The notes under the pieces are model-generated. The model was not told where the DNA came from and did not search any database. It saw only the letters and a list, made by a program, of their open reading frames with translations. A stretch of 64,000 bases of DNA, taken from contig JBHGNT010000006.1 of the NCBI GenBank assembly GCA_043228905.1, positions 15,004,001 through 15,068,000 on the forward strand, in the 5' to 3' direction. The first letter of the stretch is position 1. The number at the start of each line of letters is the position of its first letter. A program made the position numbers and the translations under genes. This DNA comes from Azolla caroliniana (lineage: Eukaryota; Plantae; Polypodiophyta). Below are positions 59,809 to 64,000 of the stretch, piece after piece.

Positions 59809-60169
59809 AAATAACAATTGTATAACACCATTTTCATTGTAGTAGAACATGTTTCTATATAAAACATGTTTGTTATTTTTTAGAACTATTTAGCTTAAAC
59901 TCTATTTTTCATCTTATTTTTATTTTTACTTCGATGAATGGGTAAATATCCCATTTTTGTTGTAAACCATTTGTCTCATGGGCCAATTTTGGCCTTAGAA
60001 GACGTTAATATATCTTTCTTTCTTTCTTTCTCTCTCTCTCTCTCTCTCTCTCTCCCCCCCCCCCCCCCCCCCTTCTTCTTTTTCCCCCCACTTTTTGCTA
60101 ACAACACATCTCTATCTAATCTCCCCCCAACCCTTTCTTCCCCCATTTTTTCAAACAATTAGTGTTTTA

Positions 60170-60564
60170 AAAATAGTGTGTGTATGTTGTATATATGTGC
60201 ATGTGTATATATGTATGTGTTGTGTGTATGTATGTAGGTACATATTGTATATACAATATTGTATTGTATATATTGTATATGAGTGTATTACATATTATAT
60301 TGTATGTATTGTGTGTATGGCATGTGAGTATGTAGGGTATGTGTTATGTGCTTATGTGTATGTTCTATGTACGTGCATATGTATTGCGTGCATATATTGT
60401 CTGTTCTATGTATTGCATATGTATTGTATGTTCTATGTATGTGCATTGTATTCCATGTGTATATGTATGTATATGTTTTATACTTGTGCTTAAGTATGTA
60501 TTGTATGTATTATATGTATAGCATGTATGTGTATGTTCTATATATGTGCATTTGTATTGTATTG

Positions 60565-60631
<67 letters not shown>

Positions 60632-61172
60632 ATTGATGTGTGTATGCATGTTTATGTATGTACATGTTGTGTGTATGTATTGATGCGTATAATATGTATG
60701 CATGTACATGTTGTATTGCATTGCATTGTATTGTTTTGTTTTAATTGCATTATTGTATATATGCATTGTATGTATAGCATGTGTGCACGTGTATGTATGA
60801 CATACATATTGTATTGTGTTGTATGTATGGCATGTGACTATGTATATATATATGTATGTGTTGTGTGTATATGCATGTATGTATATGTTGTATTGCATTT
60901 TATTGTATTGTATCATTTTGTATTAATTGCATTATTGTATATGTGCATTGTATGTATGGCATGTGTGCATGTGTATGTATGTACATATTGTATTGTGTTG
61001 AATGTGTTGTATGTATGGCATGTGACTATGTAAAATGTATGTGTGTGTATGTTCTATATAGGTGCATATGTATGTATTGTATGTATGGCATGTGTCCATG
61101 CACATATGTGTTATATGTGTGTATGTGCTATATGTGTGTGTATTCTATATTTCTACGTATGTATGTATGTGT

Positions 61173-61208
<36 letters not shown>

Positions 61209-63015
61209 ATTGATGTACATATGTATGTATTGTATTGCATGTTTATATATGTATATGTGTGTATGTACATATTGTATTGTATTGCATGTGTTGAATGTAT
61301 AGTATGCATGTATGGCATGTGTGTGTATATATATTCTTTACATGTCCATATGTATGTCACGTGTGTATGTGTATATTGTTATGTGTGTCTATTCATGCAT
61401 ACAATACAATATATACATACGCACATACAACACACACACCACAAACATATATACACATATGCATGTATGTATGTGTGTATGTATGTACATATTGTATAGT
61501 ATGTATGCATGCATGTATGTATGTACTTGTATGGATGTAAGTTGGTAACATTTATACAAGTATCATTGTAGGCATATATGTGTAGCAGTGTATGAATGAA
61601 TATATGTATGTCCATGTGCGAATGCATATATGTGTATACATGTAATATGTAATGTATTCATGTATGTATATTTTCGATGTATTTATCGTGTTTAGTATGT
61701 GTATGGCACATATATGGATGTAAGTTTGCAATATCACATAATATGCCTGCATATATTATCCAATGTATGTGTAATCATACGTATATCTAGTGTGTGTGTG
61801 TGTGAAAGTATCGTAACTTGTATGACCTATATATATACTGATATGTGGAGTATGTATGTATGTACCTGTATGCATATATGCATGTGTCAATGCACATGAT
61901 TTAATGTGTCTGGATGTGTGTGCATAATGTGTGCATAATATGTATGTATATATCTAATGTATGTATGTGTATGCATATATGTACTATTATAGTGTGTATG
62001 ACCATGTGTGTGTCTATGTTAGTGTATGTGGTGATATGAATGTACAAATGTAATGTATGTGTATGGATGTATGTTTGTAAAATTTGTATATGTAACATTG
62101 TAGGCATATGTACGTATATATGTGTAGCAATCTATGAATGAATATATGTATGTACATGTATGAATGTACGTATGTGTATATATGTAATGTATTATTTTTG
62201 GGATATTTTCATGTTTAGTATGTGTATGGATCGTATATGAAATTGTGTTTTCAATATGTACGTAATATGCATTCATATATCCGATGTGTGTGTATGTATG
62301 TATGTATATATGTAATGCAATGTATGTATGTGTATGTAAATTTGTATATTGTGTAATATGAATGGATCATATGATATGTAATATGTAATTTTTATTCATG
62401 TATTAACATCTGTCAATACATATGGCTTTATTATAATATGTATGTAGCATGTATCTATTTACATATTTGTATTTATGTATGTGTATGTACATATCTACAT
62501 ATGGTAATATATATTTGTATACATATTCATGTGTAGTCAGTATGCATGTATAAATGGGTGTAATGTATGTATATACATATTTATGGATGTAATGTTTAAA
62601 TGTATAGGTACATATATGCATGTATATGTATGTATGCCACTCCAAATTTGACTATTGTTTGCACAATATATTCTTTATTATCTCATTGAAATATCTAATA
62701 TTTCATGGGCTTATTATAATATGTATGTAGCATGTATGCATTTACATATTTGTATTTATGTATGTGTATGTACATATCTACATATGATAATGTATATTTG
62801 TATATATATTGATGTTTAGTCGATATGCATGTATAAATGGGTGTAACGTATGTATATACATATTTATGGATGTAATGTTTAAATGTAGGTACATATATGC
62901 ATGTATGCATATATATGTATGTATGTATGTATGTATGCCACTCCAAATTTGACTATTGTTTGCACAATATATTCTTTCTTATCTCATTGAAATATCTAAT
63001 ATTTCATGGGCTTAT
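60170..63015. repeat. TA/TG low-complexity tract with (TG)~30 and internal duplications
   Basis: TATG/TGTA-rich sequence, (TG)n at 60567-60627, and a ~300-bp direct repeat at ~62420-62715 / ~62705-63015. A similar tract lies at 52695-52925. Confidence 0.9.
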
Positions 63016-63166
63016 GTAATTTTTTTCTATAGCATAATTGATAATACCCTTATGTAAATATATTTTTTATGCATTTGTTAATACCCTTATATATATACAT
63101 TCTATATCTCAATGGTTAATTTAAACCCCTTTTGATGAGCTCATGTGTTATCATACAAGTTTTCAC

Positions 63167-64000
63167 ATTGAAACCCCCGGCCCCACCATCATCCCCAAAT
63201 CCCGGTCGTCACCCCTCGACCCACCCTTGCTCCCACCCAAACGACAACCCCACCACCACCCCTACCGACCTCCGTTCCCTGCTCTACCCCATCCATTGCC
63301 GCAACCGCCCGCCCTAACCCAACTCCCACCATCCCCACCAAACCCTTAGCTAACATGGTGACCGACATCCTCAAGATTACTTCTATCGTGAATCGTCGCC
63401 TACTCCAAGTCCATGCGCAGGCCCAACAGACCACCACCGACCAACAAGAGGCCTCTACATGGAATGAGGTCATGGCCACCGAAGTGAGGAACGCCCACCA
63501 TACCAACGCATGCCAAGCCGCCGCCTACGACCTCGTCAAGAGAGAACTGCTTACTGAACGAACCCGACACCAACAACTCGCCAACGAGTTCCACCAAGCC
63601 AAGACAACGTGGCACTACAACCAGGAACGCGCGACACAAACACACGCCGAACTCTCTGCCGAGTGTGTACGTCTCAACACCCAACACCAACAGACAGAGT
63701 CCCACCTCGCAGCGATGACGACTGACCTCTCCGCACGGTCCAAGGCTCTAGCCACCGCCACTGCCACGACTCACGAGCGAGATCACAACCCTCAAAGCTG
63801 AACATGACGCTATGGTCCAACAAGTGGAGGTCACCAATGAACGGAACAGATGCCTCCTCATCAAACACTGCCGCCAGTGCGCCGAACTCGAGAAGGACAT
63901 CACCTAACTCCACACGACCAAAGCCACCCTCGAGCACGCCCTCAGCCCAGACACGACTGGCCCCTCCACCATTTAGACACCTCTCCTTACTCCGCCCGGC
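63167..64000 (+). pseudogene. Continuation of the Gypsy E extra-ORF region (Pro-rich, then coiled-coil-like)
   Basis: Same C-rich composition as 51.2-52.5 kb. ORF 63355-63801 is Gln/Thr/Ala-rich and helical-looking. Confidence 0.5.

Larger units (their letters stand above)
54763..60054 (+). mobile_element. Apparently intact full-length LINE (APE-type, RTEX/L2/CR1-like rather than plant L1)
   Basis: GCC/GTC-rich 5' UTR, ORF1, ORF2, a ~200-bp 3' UTR and a (TCTT)n(TC)n tail. (TC)15 lies immediately 5'. Confidence 0.9.
52520..63163. mobile_element. 10.6-kb unclassified insertion (TA/TG low complexity, captured fragments, nested LINE)
   Basis: Composition switches abruptly at both ends. The C-rich E sequence rejoins as GGCTCCAC|ATTGAAACCCCC with CAC at both junctions. 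No TIR or LTR seen. Confidence 0.6.
36091..64000 (+). mobile_element. Large decayed non-chromovirus Ty3/Gypsy element E; 3' end lies beyond the window
   Basis: 5' LTR 36091-~36678 and tRNA-Asp-type PBS TGGTGCCGCTGCTGGGGA at 36685-36702. Gag 37727-39200, protease IIDTG ~40030, RT 41390-41834 plus 46629-47059 (YVDD), RNase H ~47100-47500, integrase 47750-48820, then extra ORFs. Confidence 0.88.

Noticed and set aside
60095-62946. Many Cys/Val/Met/Tyr- or His/Thr/Ile-rich ORFs (also 52640-52959)
   Set aside because: They are translations of TA/TG low-complexity DNA and are open in several frames on both strands.
52515-63166. Canonical Helitron
   Set aside because: TCCACTATATATAAAG resembles a Helitron 5' end, but it is not preceded by A and I see no hairpin-CTRR 3' end.

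Overview
This is eukaryotic land-plant heterochromatin made almost entirely of nested transposable elements. I recognise no intact host gene. The non-chromovirus Gypsy elements, an RTEX-like LINE, a PLS-PPR fragment and TA/TG/CT microsatellite tracts suggest a seed-free plant, possibly a fern; this is inference only. Left block (1-23.2 kb): three decayed pieces of one Ty3/Gypsy family (A +, B -, C -; tRNA-Arg-type PBS) interrupted by three decayed Ty1/Copia copies and a solo LTR. A ~189-bp satellite follows. Right block (24.2-64 kb): a decayed Copia (D) hosts an intact, very young Tork/Tnt1-like Copia (608-bp LTRs, 1357-aa ORF), a young gag-protease-only element with tRNA-like Pol III boxes in its LTRs, and a large Gypsy (E) that runs off the window. 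E in turn hosts a long-TIR MITE, a second gag-only element and a 10.6-kb low-complexity insertion containing a PPR fragment and an apparently intact LINE. The most unusual observations are: (1) a second aspartic protease fused in frame after the integrase of Gypsy E; (2) LINE ORF1 and ORF2 in the same frame, separated by a single UGA-CGG (a readthrough-type context); (3) two divergent tRNA-like modules per LTR in a Trp-primed non-autonomous element with a 4-bp ACGN target duplication; (4) a PMD-like extra ORF preceded by a splice acceptor and a hairpin array. All coordinates were read by eye and may be off by a few bases. No database searches were run.
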